Positions 1 to 12,030 are shown, counted from the stretch's first letter. The stretch: 64,000 nucleotides of DNA from the human T2T-CHM13v2.0 reference genome, Homo sapiens (GCF_009914755.1 NC_060930.1), one strand, 5' to 3'. A program made the numbers and translations. The notes: generated by a model from the letters alone, not told the origin.

Positions 1-759
1 TTAATTATGATTATTTAAAAGTATTTCATTTGTAAAACTTTGCTCTCCTTAGCCTACAAATCAAATTGCCAAGTGATAAATTTAATTTTAAAATATCTTC
101 TTTAAATCATGTTAAGTTATAACATATGTCTTTAAACAAGACATATAAGACAATGTTGAAACAAACACAATTCTTTCTCTTTTAAAAAATTGAACTTTAA
201 AAATGGGATGGGGGTTAAATTTGAGGAATCTGGTAGCTTAAATGAAAAGGCACTTGAAGAGACTCAAAGTCTCCTTCAGAACAATTTACTAAATAATGAT
301 CCGGCCAGACAGTGCCCCTAAGAAGTGCTTGATGCACACCTAGAGAAAAAGCTTTCAGGTCTGTAGCTTCTAGTAGGTTTTAAAGGGTATATTATGCATT
401 AGGTGGAGTCACATTACCTAGAATGCAATAAGGCATTCTCATTGAGTCTCTGAGAATTTAACTATCATGTTAAAGGTAAAAATATTACAGAACGTACATT
501 AAATGTTTAAAAATCATTTGAAATAATGACCGAAAATTAAACCGGATATACATCTACATGAACTCCAGTTTCTAGGTGAAAAATTGCGGCAAATATTCAG
601 ATGTATGCAAATACCAAAATATCTGGATGAAGAAAGCTTCCAGATGTTACCTGGATTTCCTGAACTGTGTGAACCTATCTGTGGAAGTTTACTTTTTGAG
701 ACTTCTGGTCATAGCTGTGACCTTCATGGGTGCACGGAGCTCCACTACTACTTAAAATA

Positions 760-1400
760 CATAGAAATGCCAGCTATAATATTTTTAAATATTAAGAAAT
801 ACATAACCAGGTTTATGACAAGAATGGAAAACTCTAGGTTCCCAAATGCAGAGTGTATACAAAGCAGTAGGGATGCTTTGGGGTTCCAGGATGGAAATCC
901 ACCTTAAGAACCATGGGTTAGAGAACATGCCCCAGGCATACACACAACATGGTACCAGGTTTCCAGCCTATTGGAAGAAGCTGTGAAATCACTGCCCTTT
1001 CTATTAATAGGATCAAAAATGTCTTTGCTTAACTGTAAGCCTGGGAGAGAATGGTTCATTCTTTATTGTGGGAGGAAACAAAAGTATCTTGAGAATTGTA
1101 ACCCTAAACTTATCTAAAAGGTGATGAAACACAGAGCCACAAATTTATGTAAAAGTGGTTCCTAAGTAGTGAAACCTCCAGGGGCTTGGCAGAAGCACTG
1201 GTAAATATATCATGCAACGTAGAGCTCTACTGTTGAGTTTCCCTTAAGACAGAAATGACCTTACATATAGAAATTTTAATACATACAAGGTTCAGTACAA
1301 AGCAAGATAGTCCATAGGCAATACATAGGGTATTGTCTAAATGATCAGGAATAATAGAGCAATAACTACACAGAGAGGAATTATTGCAAGTTATTTTTTA
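760..1400 (+). mobile_element. Degraded old L1 (L1ME-like) 5' region
   Basis: Motifs such as cttgagaattgtaacc and aaaagtggttcctaagtagtgaaacctccaggggcttggcagaagca resemble recalled L1ME 5' consensus; boundaries approximate. Confidence 0.4.
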
Positions 1401-1679
1401 AAAAGTAATTTGCCTACATTTTGAGGAATATGCTATAAGAATAAAATAAGTAAAATATAATTTTAGTGGAAATATTTTTTTCAAAATGGTTGTGTGTATT
1501 GAAGGATAAAGAAAAATGAATGTTTACATTGGTGTCCTTGAGAACTAAGGTTTTCTGTGTGGGGGAAAAAAGATGCAGAAGTGAGATCAATGAGGCCAAG
1601 CAGAAATTCTGTAATTATGGGTTTAAATGAGAAGTATCAGTTAAAAAAAAGATGTATTTTATTTAAAATATTATTTTCT

Positions 1680-1850
1680 TTTGTAAATTTAATTTAACTT
1701 AATTTTAAGTTCCGGGATACATGTGCAGGATGTGCAGGTTTGTTACATAGGTAAATGTGTGCCATGGTGGTTTGCTGCACCTATCAACCCATCACCCAGG
1801 CATTAAGCCCCACACGCATTAGCTATTATCCTGATGCTCTCCCTCCCCGC
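1680..1850 (-). mobile_element. L1PA (older L1PA8-16 range) 3' end, 5'-truncated
   Basis: atacatgtgcaggatgtgcaggtttgttacataggtaaa; flanking TSD aaa(t/g)attattttct at 1666-1679 and 1851-1864. Confidence 0.9.
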
Positions 1851-2445
1851 AAAGATTATTTTCTATCTATGTTCACTGAAAACGTCCAGAAAAAATAAGA
1901 ACAACTAAGTGCCGAAGAGCAACGAGTATCCCTTGGCTGACGTTGTGGTTTCTAAATGCCATTTATCGGTAAAAGAAACCACAAATCCATGGAGAAATGG
2001 CTGAGTCTAAGATTGCAGCAGGAAGTTTATAAGAGCCTAGAATATTTAGTCACATAAGAAAGCAAGGAAGCTGGCAAAGACGCCAAGTAACATGTCAAAG
2101 AGCCTGAAGATCAAATTGAAAAAGTTACCACTGGCCAGATATAGGATAATTTGAGGACCAATAAAAATAATAACATATCAAATAAGTTAAAATGCATGAG
2201 TTCATAAAGATACTAAAAAACAAGCACTTCATTTGTCACTTTTGGAAGCTGTTGGGGCACCAACTTATTTTGGAAACTGATAAATAAAGGGAAAAAATCA
2301 AACATTTTAACATTTTTGTGTTATTTTTCTGTTTGAACTATACCTGGGGTAAGCAGATAATTGGCAAAGAGAATTCTCTTTTTAGGTGTACTGTAGTCAA
2401 GCTTATGAACTCAAAGGAAATAATTAAGAATGATCACTTTGCAAC

Positions 2446-2475
2446 CCCTAACCCGAACCCTAACACTAATCCCAA
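2446..2475. repeat. Short degenerate telomere-like tract (CCCTAA)n
   Basis: CCCTAA CCCGAA CCCTAA CACTAA TCCCAA in register. Confidence 0.6.
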
Positions 2476-3798
2476 CTTCAGTGGACCTAGGAAATTTATC
2501 ATCATTGGCTGCTAACACCACAAACAGAAATTCAATCAGACATTATGAATTTTTCATTGTGCATAATATTTTGAAGTATTTTGCTAAATAAAATATTAAA
2601 CCTTCATTTGATTGGGCTTCTATATCTAACCATAAATTTGCAGAAAATATTGGGTATAAAGGATATTTAAAATAATATCCAGATGCACTTAGAAAAGTCT
2701 AGTCTGTGAAATGCTTTATAGGACAGCCTACTTAGTTTCTTCAAACAACAAATCACAATTCAAAAGTTGGAGGAAATCTCTAGATTAGAAGAAAGAAGAG
2801 ATATTAATAGTTTCATTGTATGGATTTAATAAAAATATAACTGGAAAATAAAATCATAAAAAATTATGAAAGAGCAAAGAAAATTGGACACTGAGTCGAC
2901 CTGCTAACATTAAATAATTTAAAAAATACCTTCAGGGATGGCAATGTTACTGAGGTTATATTTTAGAAAGAGTCCTTATCTTTTAGAGATATGTATGGAA
3001 ATATGCATAGATGCAATGACACAATGTCTGAGATTTACTTCAAAACAATCAAGGGGTAAGAGGAAGTAGGTAGGGGTAACAAAGGAATACAGATTGGAGC
3101 AGAATTTATTACTTTTGAATCTGGGACAGGTGCATAGGGATTCATAATATTATCCTCTCTAATATTTTCCACAATAAAAAATTCTAGAAAAAGAAATAAC
3201 AGAGAGATGTGAAAGAGACTTGAAGGTAAACATGTTTAAAATAGAGTTATAAGAGGAAGATGGTCATTAAATAAGAGCATGAAATAATGAAAGATAAGTA
3301 AGACAAAATAATAAAGATAAAAGCAACTAACCCAAAAATATAGATATTTTTAAAGCATCAGAGTATACTATAAACAACTCTATAAAATTTAGAGCACTAG
3401 ATAAAATATGTTATTTTCCAGAAAACTAGGGATTAGTGCAGTGTATTCAAGGAGAAATAGAAGATGCCAGTAGAACAGTAATTAATAAAGACATGCATTG
3501 ATAATCAAAAGTCTACCCTGTTCTTTCCTAATTCAGTGATCAGACAACAGGTCCAGGTAGTTTTACAAGAGGTTTATGGAAACTTTAGAAGAGGTCTCCC
3601 TCACAAAAGTAATTCCATGCTAGTATAATCTTGATAATCAAACTAGATAAAGAAAATACAAGAAAAGGAAATCATAGACAATTTCATTTTGAAACGATGT
3701 AAAATTCCTAATTAAGATATTAACAAACTGAATATAAGGGTATGTAGCAAAATCTATTAGGGCCAACTAGTGTATATTTGAGGAATGCAAGGATTTTT

Positions 3799-4160
3799 GC
3801 AGCCATAAAAAGGAACAAGGTCATGTCCTTTGTAGGGACATGGATGGAGCTGGAAGCCGTTATACTCAGCAAACTAACACAGGAACAGAAAACCAAATAC
3901 TGCATGTTCTCACTTATAAGTGGGAGCTGAACAATGAGAAGACATAGACACATGGAGGGCAACAACACACACTGGGGCCTGTCGGGTGATGTCAGGGGGG
4001 TGGTGGGGAGAGCATTCGGAAAAATAGCTAATGCATGCTGGGCTTAATACCTAGGTGATGGATTGCTAGGTGTAGCAAACCACCATGGCACACGTTTACC
4101 TATGTAACAAACCTGCACATCCTGTGCACATACCATGGAAGTTAAAGTTTTTTTAAAAAG
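3799..4160 (+). mobile_element. L1PA (L1PA13-16-like) 3' end
   Basis: gcagccataaaaaggaac...catgttctcacttataagtgggagctg...cacgtttacctatgtaacaaacctgcac. Confidence 0.92.
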
Positions 4161-4714
4161 TGAACAAACAAGAAAGAAAACTCTCTAATATCATGCACTA
4201 CATTAGTAAATTCAGATCAAAATCCATATGTTCATCTCAATAGATGGAGAAAAATCATTGTATAAAAACCAATACTTATTTATGATAAAAAATTCTTAAT
4301 AAAGTAGGAATAGAGTCAAGCCCTTAAACTAAAGAAAATCATCTAACAAAAGTTATATTAAACCTTATACTTGATGATAAAATTTAAAAACATTCCCATT
4401 AAAGCACTGCATAAGGCATGGATGTTCACTGTAATCATTCAACCTTGTTCTCATGAACCTAACCAACAAGATGAGACGAGAAATAAAACCTCAATGTATA
4501 GAATTGTAAAGAAAAAGATAGACTGCAGATGATTATGGAAATATACAATCCAAGAGAATCAACTGACAAAATATTATAACTACTACAAAATTTTAGGAAA
4601 GTTACTACATAAAAGAATAATGTAGACAAATTAATGGGTTTTCTATTTCTAAAATATCCCATTTACAATGGCAATAAAATTTCCGAGGTACCCAGGAACA
4701 AAATTAAAAGATGA

Positions 4715-4858
4715 GGCCAGGCATGGTGACTCACCCCCATAATACCAATACCTTTGAAAGGCTGAGGCAGAAGGACTGCTTGAGGCCAAGAGTTGGACAC
4801 AGGCCTAGGCAGCATAGTGAGACCCTGTCTCTAAAAAATCAAAACAAAACAAAAAAAA
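4715..4858 (+). mobile_element. FLAM_C (free left Alu monomer)
   Basis: Single Alu monomer with A tail; short TSD aaaagat(g/a)a. Confidence 0.85.
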
Positions 4859-5700
4859 GATAAACTCTTATGGAAAATTTTGTTGAAGAACATCGAGGTA
4901 GAATTAAAGTAATCAAGAGATAAACCATTTTTATGAATGGGAAGACTAACAACCATAAAAACCAATTTTCCCCAAATCAGTCTTTAGATTCAATACAATT
5001 GCAATCAAAATCCCACCACTATGTTTTTGAAATTTCAGAAACAGATTAAAAATTTAGTATGAAAAAGTAAAAGTCCAAAAATATCTGCAACAATTCCAAA
5101 AACAAAATTAAACAGGAGAAACAGACAAAAGCAAAGACGGGCTAATTGTTGGATCAGGTACCAAGAATTGATATAAAGCTTTATATAAAAAAATACACAT
5201 ATATAATATAAAACTATGTGGTTTTGGGACACAAATAAATTGCGGAATAGTACAGAATATAGTGTCTAGAAGCAGATTCATTGCATGTGAGAACTTATAT
5301 GACAGATTGCAGCGCAGAGGGACTGTTCAATCTACATTAAAAAATAAATGGCTTTCATTATGGTAAAAAATATTGTTAGGTCCCTTCCTCACACCATGTA
5401 CAAATCAGTTCCGTGGGATTAAATGTCTTAAGTTAAAAACCAAAATTTTGAAATTATTGGATTAAAATACAGAAGATAGATTCATCTGGAACTAGAAAAG
5501 GATGTCTTAAGCAAGATACAAAAAGCACAACTCTAAAGAAGATTTATAATATAGATAAGATACGTAAATTTGACCATATGGAAATTAAAGTTCTAATATA
5601 TACACTAATAAATACCATATGTAGTTAAAATAATGTGAAAATTGAAAGAAAAAAATTTAACATATTTAACTGGCATAGGATTAGTATCTTTAATATAAAG

Positions 5701-5760
5701 AAGATACAAAGAAATTCTAGAAATCTATAAGAAAGATACAAAGAAACTTCTAGAAAACTA
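5701..5760. repeat. Two-copy tandem duplication, period about 32 bp
   Basis: aagatacaaagaaa(c)ttctagaaa(t/a)cta at 5701 and 5733. Confidence 0.8.
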
Positions 5761-6258
5761 GGCAAATAAAACTGGACAACTTTGAGAAGAGAAAATCAAA
5801 TTGGTCAACACATGTAAAAGGAAATTTAACTTTATTAATAATCAGAGAAATAAAGCTGAAGAACAGAGTACCACCTTTTCTTACTAATTTGGTGAAAATT
5901 AAAATGCCAGATTATACTGAGTTGTCAGGCAGAAAGGAAAAAAAAAACCTCTTATTATCTGCTGGTGGGAGTGTTGCTGTAACCACTTTGGAGAGCCATT
6001 TAGTAGCATGCAATTGATTGGGATATTTGTGAACCCTACAACCTAGCACTTCTGCTAGGTACCTGCTTTAATGAAACTCAAACATGTATCCAAGGAGATA
6101 TACACAAAAAGTATATTGCAGCTTTTAAAAACAGTAATAAATTTTAAAGCACTTCATGTCCATGAATAGGAGTATGTATAAAAGGCACTTAATTCTGAGC
6201 TATGTTTTCTATTAGAATTCTTAATATTATCTTCATGATTCTTAATCAAATTCATCTC

Positions 6259-6425
6259 CTTTTTCTTCTTCTTGAGACAGGGGCTCACTCTGTTACCCAG
6301 GTTGAAGTGCAGTGGTGTGATCTCAGCTCACTGCAACCTCTGCCTCTGAGGTTCAAGTGATTCTCGTGTCTCAGGCTTCTGAGTAGCTTGGATTACGGGC
6401 ATGCAGTATCATGCCAGGCTAATTT
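6259..6425 (-). mobile_element. 5'-truncated Alu (right monomer only)
   Basis: Alu right arm; TSD tcaaatt(c/a)atctc at 6246-6258 and 6426-6438. Confidence 0.88.
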
Positions 6426-7437
6426 TCAAATTAATCTCTTAACCTGGGTTTTGCTGTTGATTTTGTGTGTAGAATAATGTTCTCCCCATTTCCCCAGTGG
6501 CTTTCTGTGATTGTATTTCTATATGTTCTTATGGATCCTGAAAAAGGAAAAATTAATCAGAAATTAGAAATAACAAAGCCTTGATTTTGGGGGACAGCCC
6601 TAAATAAGAGTCCAAGACTCAGCTGAAAGAAGAAATGTATGGAGTAGATGGAGGAGGATGTGAATGGAGAAGTATTGAGCTGGAGAGTAATGTGAAGCTG
6701 TTGGGAGCTGGGGAGGTAGAGGGGTGTGTGAATTGATTTGAAGACCAGAGGCAGTAGCCCTTTAGTACGAAGTTCTAGGCCAGGTTTTATTTTTTATTTG
6801 AAATGTAAGAATGATTGAGCAAACACTTTATAAACGGACATGTCGTCTCCATTAAATATATTTTAAAAGCATATATAGCCTTTTAAATAGGGCCCTGTTG
6901 TTGACTTTTGGGCGCAAATGCTAGGAGGCTATTTTCTTCTTTGATGATGACATGTTAATTAAATATTCTGATTACATTACATTGTGATTACATATTCCCT
7001 TGCTTCAGTCTTTCCAAAGGCAGTGTTTTAGACGATCTTGAAGTAGTCTTTCATAAATTATCACTTAATAAAAGAAAAGAAGCGTAGCCAATTATAATTA
7101 AGTGTTCAAGAGCTAACAATTTTTTTCTCTTTTCAAAAATAAGTGCTAGGAAATTTGTGCAGCCTTGTATTCTGAAAGGCTAAAAAAAAAACCCTATAGC
7201 AACTGAAAAACAATATTGTTAAACAAATGAGGTGCAAAATTTGATTTACCTTAATATTGTTACAGTCTGGTGGGGGAAATCCACAATATTCTTCATCCTG
7301 TCACTTACAAATTAAAAAAGTATCCATTGTTTATTCCTTCCTATAATGCCGTGGCTATTGGTGCAACCACAGGTGTGGTGATTGATCTAAGCTCTTCAAT
7401 GTTAAGGAGCATGTGAGCATTTGTTGCACACATGCAC

Positions 7438-7776
7438 TGATACGAATTGGCTCTGAGTCCCCACCCAAACTGCATCTCGAATTGTAATCTGCACTTGTGG
7501 AGGGAGGGAGGCGATTGGATCATGGGGGTGGGTTTCCCTCATGCTGTTCTGGTGGTAGTGAGTGAGTTCTCATGAGATCTGACGGTTTTATAAGAGTCTG
7601 GAATTTCCCCTGCTTGCACTTAAGGTCCTTGCTTCCTCTTCACCTTCTACCATGATTGCAAGTTTCCTGATGCCTCCCCAGCCATGTGGAACTGTGAGTC
7701 AAATAAACCTTTTTTTCTCTATAAATTGCCCAGTCTTGAGTATATCTTTATAGCAATGTGAAAATGAACTAATACA
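7438..7776 (+). mobile_element. THE1D/MSTA-type MaLR solo LTR
   Basis: TGATA...ACTAATACA termini, perfect 5-bp TSD tgcac. Confidence 0.93.
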
Positions 7777-8429
7777 TGCACATATATGCTAACATATTTA
7801 TGTCTACTCCTTGAGGACAGGCACTATTTGTATGTATGCATGCTCCCAAGTGCATGCCCAAGGACATGAATTTTGGTTACAATAAATTACAATTCAGGGC
7901 GGCTGGTGATACTCTTCTGCTCACCTGTCTTCAATAATTTACAAACTTTCATTTATGTTTGAATTTAGGGTGCTTTATTATGCAGCTAATTTATGAGAAG
8001 ATGTTAAACTGTTGGTAATTGCTCTAGTAAATCATTATTTAGGTTTATGTCATTGTGTCCATTCAGTTTGGGGTCACTTAAGAAGGTAGGATAGAAGTGC
8101 CATTCAGGTTCAGGGTTAGTTTAAGCAAAATTAATTTTCTGACTAGTGGTTTATCTGGATTATGCTGGATTGCTAATTAAATTTCAGGAGTATATAGTTA
8201 GCCAAGTAAATGATGTTAGCCAAGAATAATTTTGGAAATTTACAACAGGATACTCCTGAATATTCTAGTAAAAATGACAATGTAGTTAGTTTTGTGTTGT
8301 TAGTTAGTCTTAAATCTTTATGTGTGGCATTTTCTTTTGTTTGAATAACCACAGGGCTTGATTATTTGGTTATTCTGTATTGCCAGCCATAATGCTTTTG
8401 TGGTGGGATTGATAATTTAAAGGTGGGAG

Positions 8430-8672
8430 ACAGCATAGTTAGGCACACAGTCAGCTGGAGTCCACAGCTTGGCTTCTTGTGAATCCTGGCTCTAAGTTTA
8501 GCTGGCTAAATTCAGCTAAAGTATGAATCTTCCCAGACCTCAGTTTCCATAGCTGGGATAGAGGGGATAATTACAATACATATCTTACAGGTTGACTATG
8601 AGGATACACTGAAATGGTATACAACAATCCCTGGGCGTAGTGCAGCAGAGGTACATAAAACACATTAATTAT
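8430..8672 (+). mobile_element. MIR
   Basis: gaatcctggctct...cctcagtttcc...ggataat core. Confidence 0.7.
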
Positions 8673-8695
8673 TGTGACTGAAAACTCCTCTCATG

Positions 8696-9253
8696 TGAAG
8701 GAAACCAGAATAATCACTCCAAAACATGCCACTTGGACATAAGGATTATTTTGAGCTGAAGGAAATCCAGAAAAAGCAGATATAAGAGCTTCTTTCTCTC
8801 CCCTTATTTGCCTAAAAGCAGGACATAAATTTTCAAAGTTGTCTTTTCTCTCTTCTCTACCAGGAAGGACAAGAGTTAATCACCAGTGACAACTTATCTG
8901 CCTGAAGTTGACACCAGAGGAATCTATGTAATAAACTCTACTAACTAGTCCTTATCTACCATTAGTTTCTCATACATTTACCAGCCCACATGTGCTGCCA
9001 TTGGAAGCCTAAAACCACTTTCCTTTGTCTTATCATTTCCCTACAAACTTACTGTTCTTTGTTGAAGATGCTGCATAAGCCACCGTTCCAAGCCACATCT
9101 TTGCTCATTCCCAGAGTTTCTCCCACACATATATGAGATATACATGTTAATAAGCATCTCTTTGTTTTTCTCTTGTGAATCTCTCTTTGTTATAGGGGCC
9201 CCAGGTGAGAACTTAGAAGGGTTGAAGGAAAGATCTTTTTCCTCCTCTATACA
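8696..9253 (+). mobile_element. ERV1 solo LTR, MER39/MER34-like
   Basis: TG...CA; cataaggattattttgagctgaagg; ends agaagggttgaaggaaagatctttttcctcctctataca. Confidence 0.75.
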
Positions 9254-9327
9254 TACAACAGAAACCCCCATGTTTCCTTGGTGAGATGGCCAGGAGGCTT
9301 GGTGGTGGAGTCCTTCCCTGCAGCCTA

Positions 9328-9510
9328 TGGCAAGAATCCTCAAACCCGGCTGCAAATTTGAATCACTTTTGAAGTTTTTGAAAAATGTAAAGATGCCGGG
9401 TAGACTTAAAAATTCATCAGATCAGAATTTCTGGCATTTGGCTAGGATGTCTCTTTCTTAAAGCATCTTGAAGTGATTTTAATGAGCAGCCAGTGTCGAA
9501 AGCTACTAGC
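9328..9510. mobile_element. MER5A/B hAT-Charlie MITE
   Basis: ctcaaacccggctgca...atcagaatttctgg...gtgattttaatgagcagccag. Confidence 0.7.
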
Positions 9511-9644
9511 AAATAAAGACATTCCTTTAAAGAAAACTAAATTTTTGGCTGTGACTTTTGGAGATGCAGGGGTGGGGGTGGGATATGTATGTCTTTCAAT
9601 TCACTGAGAAGCACCTAGAAAAATAACCTATAATCCCTGCTTTC

Positions 9645-10107
9645 ATTTCCTCACTTACCATTCTCTTTCAAGTGACTGCAGTTGTTTCCACCCCTGCCAT
9701 GGCACACTTCATAGATGGCTTTCTAGTTACAGAATCTATTGACCTGTGGGGTTGATCACTCTCTTTTTTGCTTCCTCCTCCCTTGACTTTAATGGCAGCT
9801 TCATCTGGTTCCCATTCAGTTTCTCTAAATTGTTCCTTATCAGTTTCCTTCATGGACTCTCCTGCCTTTGTCTGTCCCTTAAATGTTGGGGTTCCAAAGG
9901 TTTTATTCTAGACTCTTTTTTTGTCTTATGCTACGTGTTCTCCATCAGTAATCTCAGCCATGCCCATGGATCACTCGCATGCTGATATTCCTGAATATTC
10001 TAGTAGAAATGACAATATAATAGTGATTTCCGAACTGGAAATTGAGTTCACATGATGATGAGTCCAAATCTCAATTTCTAGTCCAGAACTTCACCTTGAG
10101 CACTAGC
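9645..10107 (+). mobile_element. L2 ORF2 (RT region) fragment carrying a complex insertion
   Basis: cccttaaatgttggggttccaaagg (GVPQG region) and catgctgat/gatgagtccaaatc (YADD region). Confidence 0.75.
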
Positions 10108-10409
10108 TTTTGAATTACCAAGTTTATTGTTGTCATTATTGTTGTTGTGTATCTGGGATAGTTCCTAAAGGGGCTTACTTATTTGTTTTGGATTAAGTGA
10201 ATCTACCAATAGACAAATGGTCACAAAGCTAATATCAGACCAAACAGTTTGGGTTTGATCTTAGAGGCAATTAAAAATCATTGATAAATTTTAAAGCAGC
10301 AGACTGAAATGATTATAGATGTATTTTTGGAAAGATAACTCGAACCAGAGTTTAAGAGATGGATAATAGGTGAGACAGATCATAAAGAGACAAGATAAAA
10401 ATATGGCAA

Positions 10410-10840
10410 AGCTAATATTTATTGAGTTTGAAGGGGACTAAAATATTCTACCCCCAAAATATGTCATTTTGGCATAAGGATCATTTCGAGCACTTATTTT
10501 GCTGCAACTGAAGGAATAGCAGACACAGGAAAGGCTCTAAGAACATAAATATGTATGGAACTAAATATTTTTTTCCCCTCTTGTTAATATGTCTTTCATC
10601 AGTTTAATTTGCCAGCCACCAGTAACTGAACCTAAGAGGGTAGAGGAAAAAAAGTTTTTCTTCTCCTATCATTTCATACTATTTTCCAGGCACTGAGGTA
10701 TGGACTTTACATGCATTGTCTCACTTAATGCACACACTAGCCTGCGAGAAAGGTTTTATTATCATGCCCCATTCGCTAGGAGGAAGACTGAGGATTAGAG
10801 AGATTTAGTAACTTGCATGGAGTCACAAAGCAGGTTAATA
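10410..10840 (-). mobile_element. MIR interrupted by an LTR
   Basis: gctaatatttattgag | ccaggcactg...gaggaagactgagg...taacttgc. Confidence 0.7.
10429..10671 (+). mobile_element. Internally deleted MER34/MER39-like LTR
   Basis: Both termini resemble the 8696-9253 LTR (tgaagg...ccccaaaatatg...ggcataagg; gaacctaagagggtagagga...ctcctatca) but only 243 bp long. Confidence 0.7.
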
Positions 10841-10972
10841 CTGGAGCACTAATGCCAGGAAGAAATTGTGAAGCCTTGAACTAAAGGTTTGGGTGGTAGA
10901 GGAGGGAAAGGAAAAACGAATTCAAAGGTTAAAGGAACAGAACTTGGCATCATAAAGGATGGGGCGACAGTG

Positions 10973-11107
10973 AGGCTAGGGGATTGATATGGTGGTGGTT
11001 CAGGAGCTCGAGGTTGCCAAGGCTCGGGGGTTGATATGGTGGTTCAGGAGCTCGAGGTTGCCAAGGCTCAGGGGTTGATATGGTGGTTCAGGAGCTCGAG
11101 GTTGCCA
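10973..11107. repeat. Minisatellite, 3 copies of a 44-bp unit
   Basis: aggctc(g/a)ggggttgatatggtggttcaggagctcgaggttgcca at 10973 (47 bp), 11020 and 11064. Confidence 0.95.
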
Positions 11108-11454
11108 TCCTGAGCACGTCCATTCATCTTGGTAGGTTTAACAACTGAAAGCTTTGGCCCCACTCAATTATCTGCTTCTAGATAGAACTCATCATTTTAC
11201 ATAAGTTTCCATTGACATTTAGGGACTTACTGTTCCCTGCCTCCACCTTGAAATTATCACTGTTTTCTTCCATCTGTTCACATTATGTAAATTGTGTCAA
11301 TGCTTCAAGACCTGTATTTCAAGTATTATCTCTTCCATGAAACCTTTCTTCTAATTTTAGTCAATACAGACTCTCTCTCTATTCCTTAGGATGTATTATA
11401 TACATCCAAAAATTTAGGCAGGTGATCCCAAGTTGTAGCTCATACTGTTTAAGT

Positions 11455-12030
11455 ACATAAACTTCAGAACTGGAAAGACTATTGGCTCAAGTTGTTACCT
11501 GTTGACTTGGGCAATGCTATGTTTGGAATGTTTATGTCTCCCCCAGATTTGTATGTTAAAATTCACCACAAAGTGATGGTATTAGGAGGTGGAGACTTTA
11601 GAAGGTAATTAGATCACAGAGGTAGAGCCTGAACCCTCATGCATGGGATTAATGCCCTTACAAAGGAGACCCTAGAGAGGCCCCTTCCTCCTTCTGCCAG
11701 GTGAAGTTGGAGTAAGAAGACGACTGTTTGTAAGGAAGTGGACCCTCACCAGATTCCGAATCTGTTGGCATGTGACCTTGGACTTCCCTGCCTCCAGACC
11801 TGTGAGAAATACATTTCTGTTGTCCATAAGCTACTCCATTTATGGTATTTTGTTATAGTCCTGAGTGGACTAACACAGGCAAGGTAACTAACTGCTTTGA
11901 GCTGAGCTTTTCTTAGCTGTGCAATGGACTATCAATGACAATGAGTATGAAGTATAGTGAACTTTAAATAAAGTGGATAAAATGCTTAGCACCTTGCCTG
12001 ACACAGCACTTTCTAAATGTTGGCTACTAC
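11455..12030 (+). mobile_element. MIR split by an MLT1A-type LTR
   Basis: tgacttgggcaa | ggtaactaac...aaaatgcttagcac...aaatgttggcta. Confidence 0.6.
11515..11877 (+). mobile_element. MLT1A/MSTD-type MaLR solo LTR
   Basis: tgctatg...ggactaacaca, perfect TSD ggcaa. Confidence 0.9.

Larger units (their letters stand above)
1400..3185 (+). mobile_element. L1MC/L1MD-type 3' UTR, interrupted by an L1PA
   Basis: ggagaaatggctgagtcta..., agagtccttatcttttagagat..., ending in aatattttccacaataaaaa typical of L1MC 3' ends. Confidence 0.6.
3190..6190 (+). mobile_element. Degraded L1M (L1ME-like) ORF2 and 3' region
   Basis: A-rich L1 ORF2 remnants (catctcaatagatggagaaaaatcattg, tagattcaatacaattgcaatcaaaatccca, ccttcctcacaccatgtacaaa); no intact ORF. 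Confidence 0.7.
10240..10970 (-). mobile_element. L2 fragment interrupted by MIR and LTR
   Basis: gtttgggtttgatcttagaggcaat...gaaagataact; resumes at about 10845. Confidence 0.55.

Noticed and set aside
8696-10671. Provirus bounded by two related LTRs
   Set aside because: The interval is MER5, L2 and MIR sequence, the LTRs are diverged from each other, and there is no PBS or internal ERV sequence
10973-11107. CRISPR-like array
   Set aside because: The units are contiguous with no unique spacers, there are no cas genes, and the DNA is primate; it is a minisatellite
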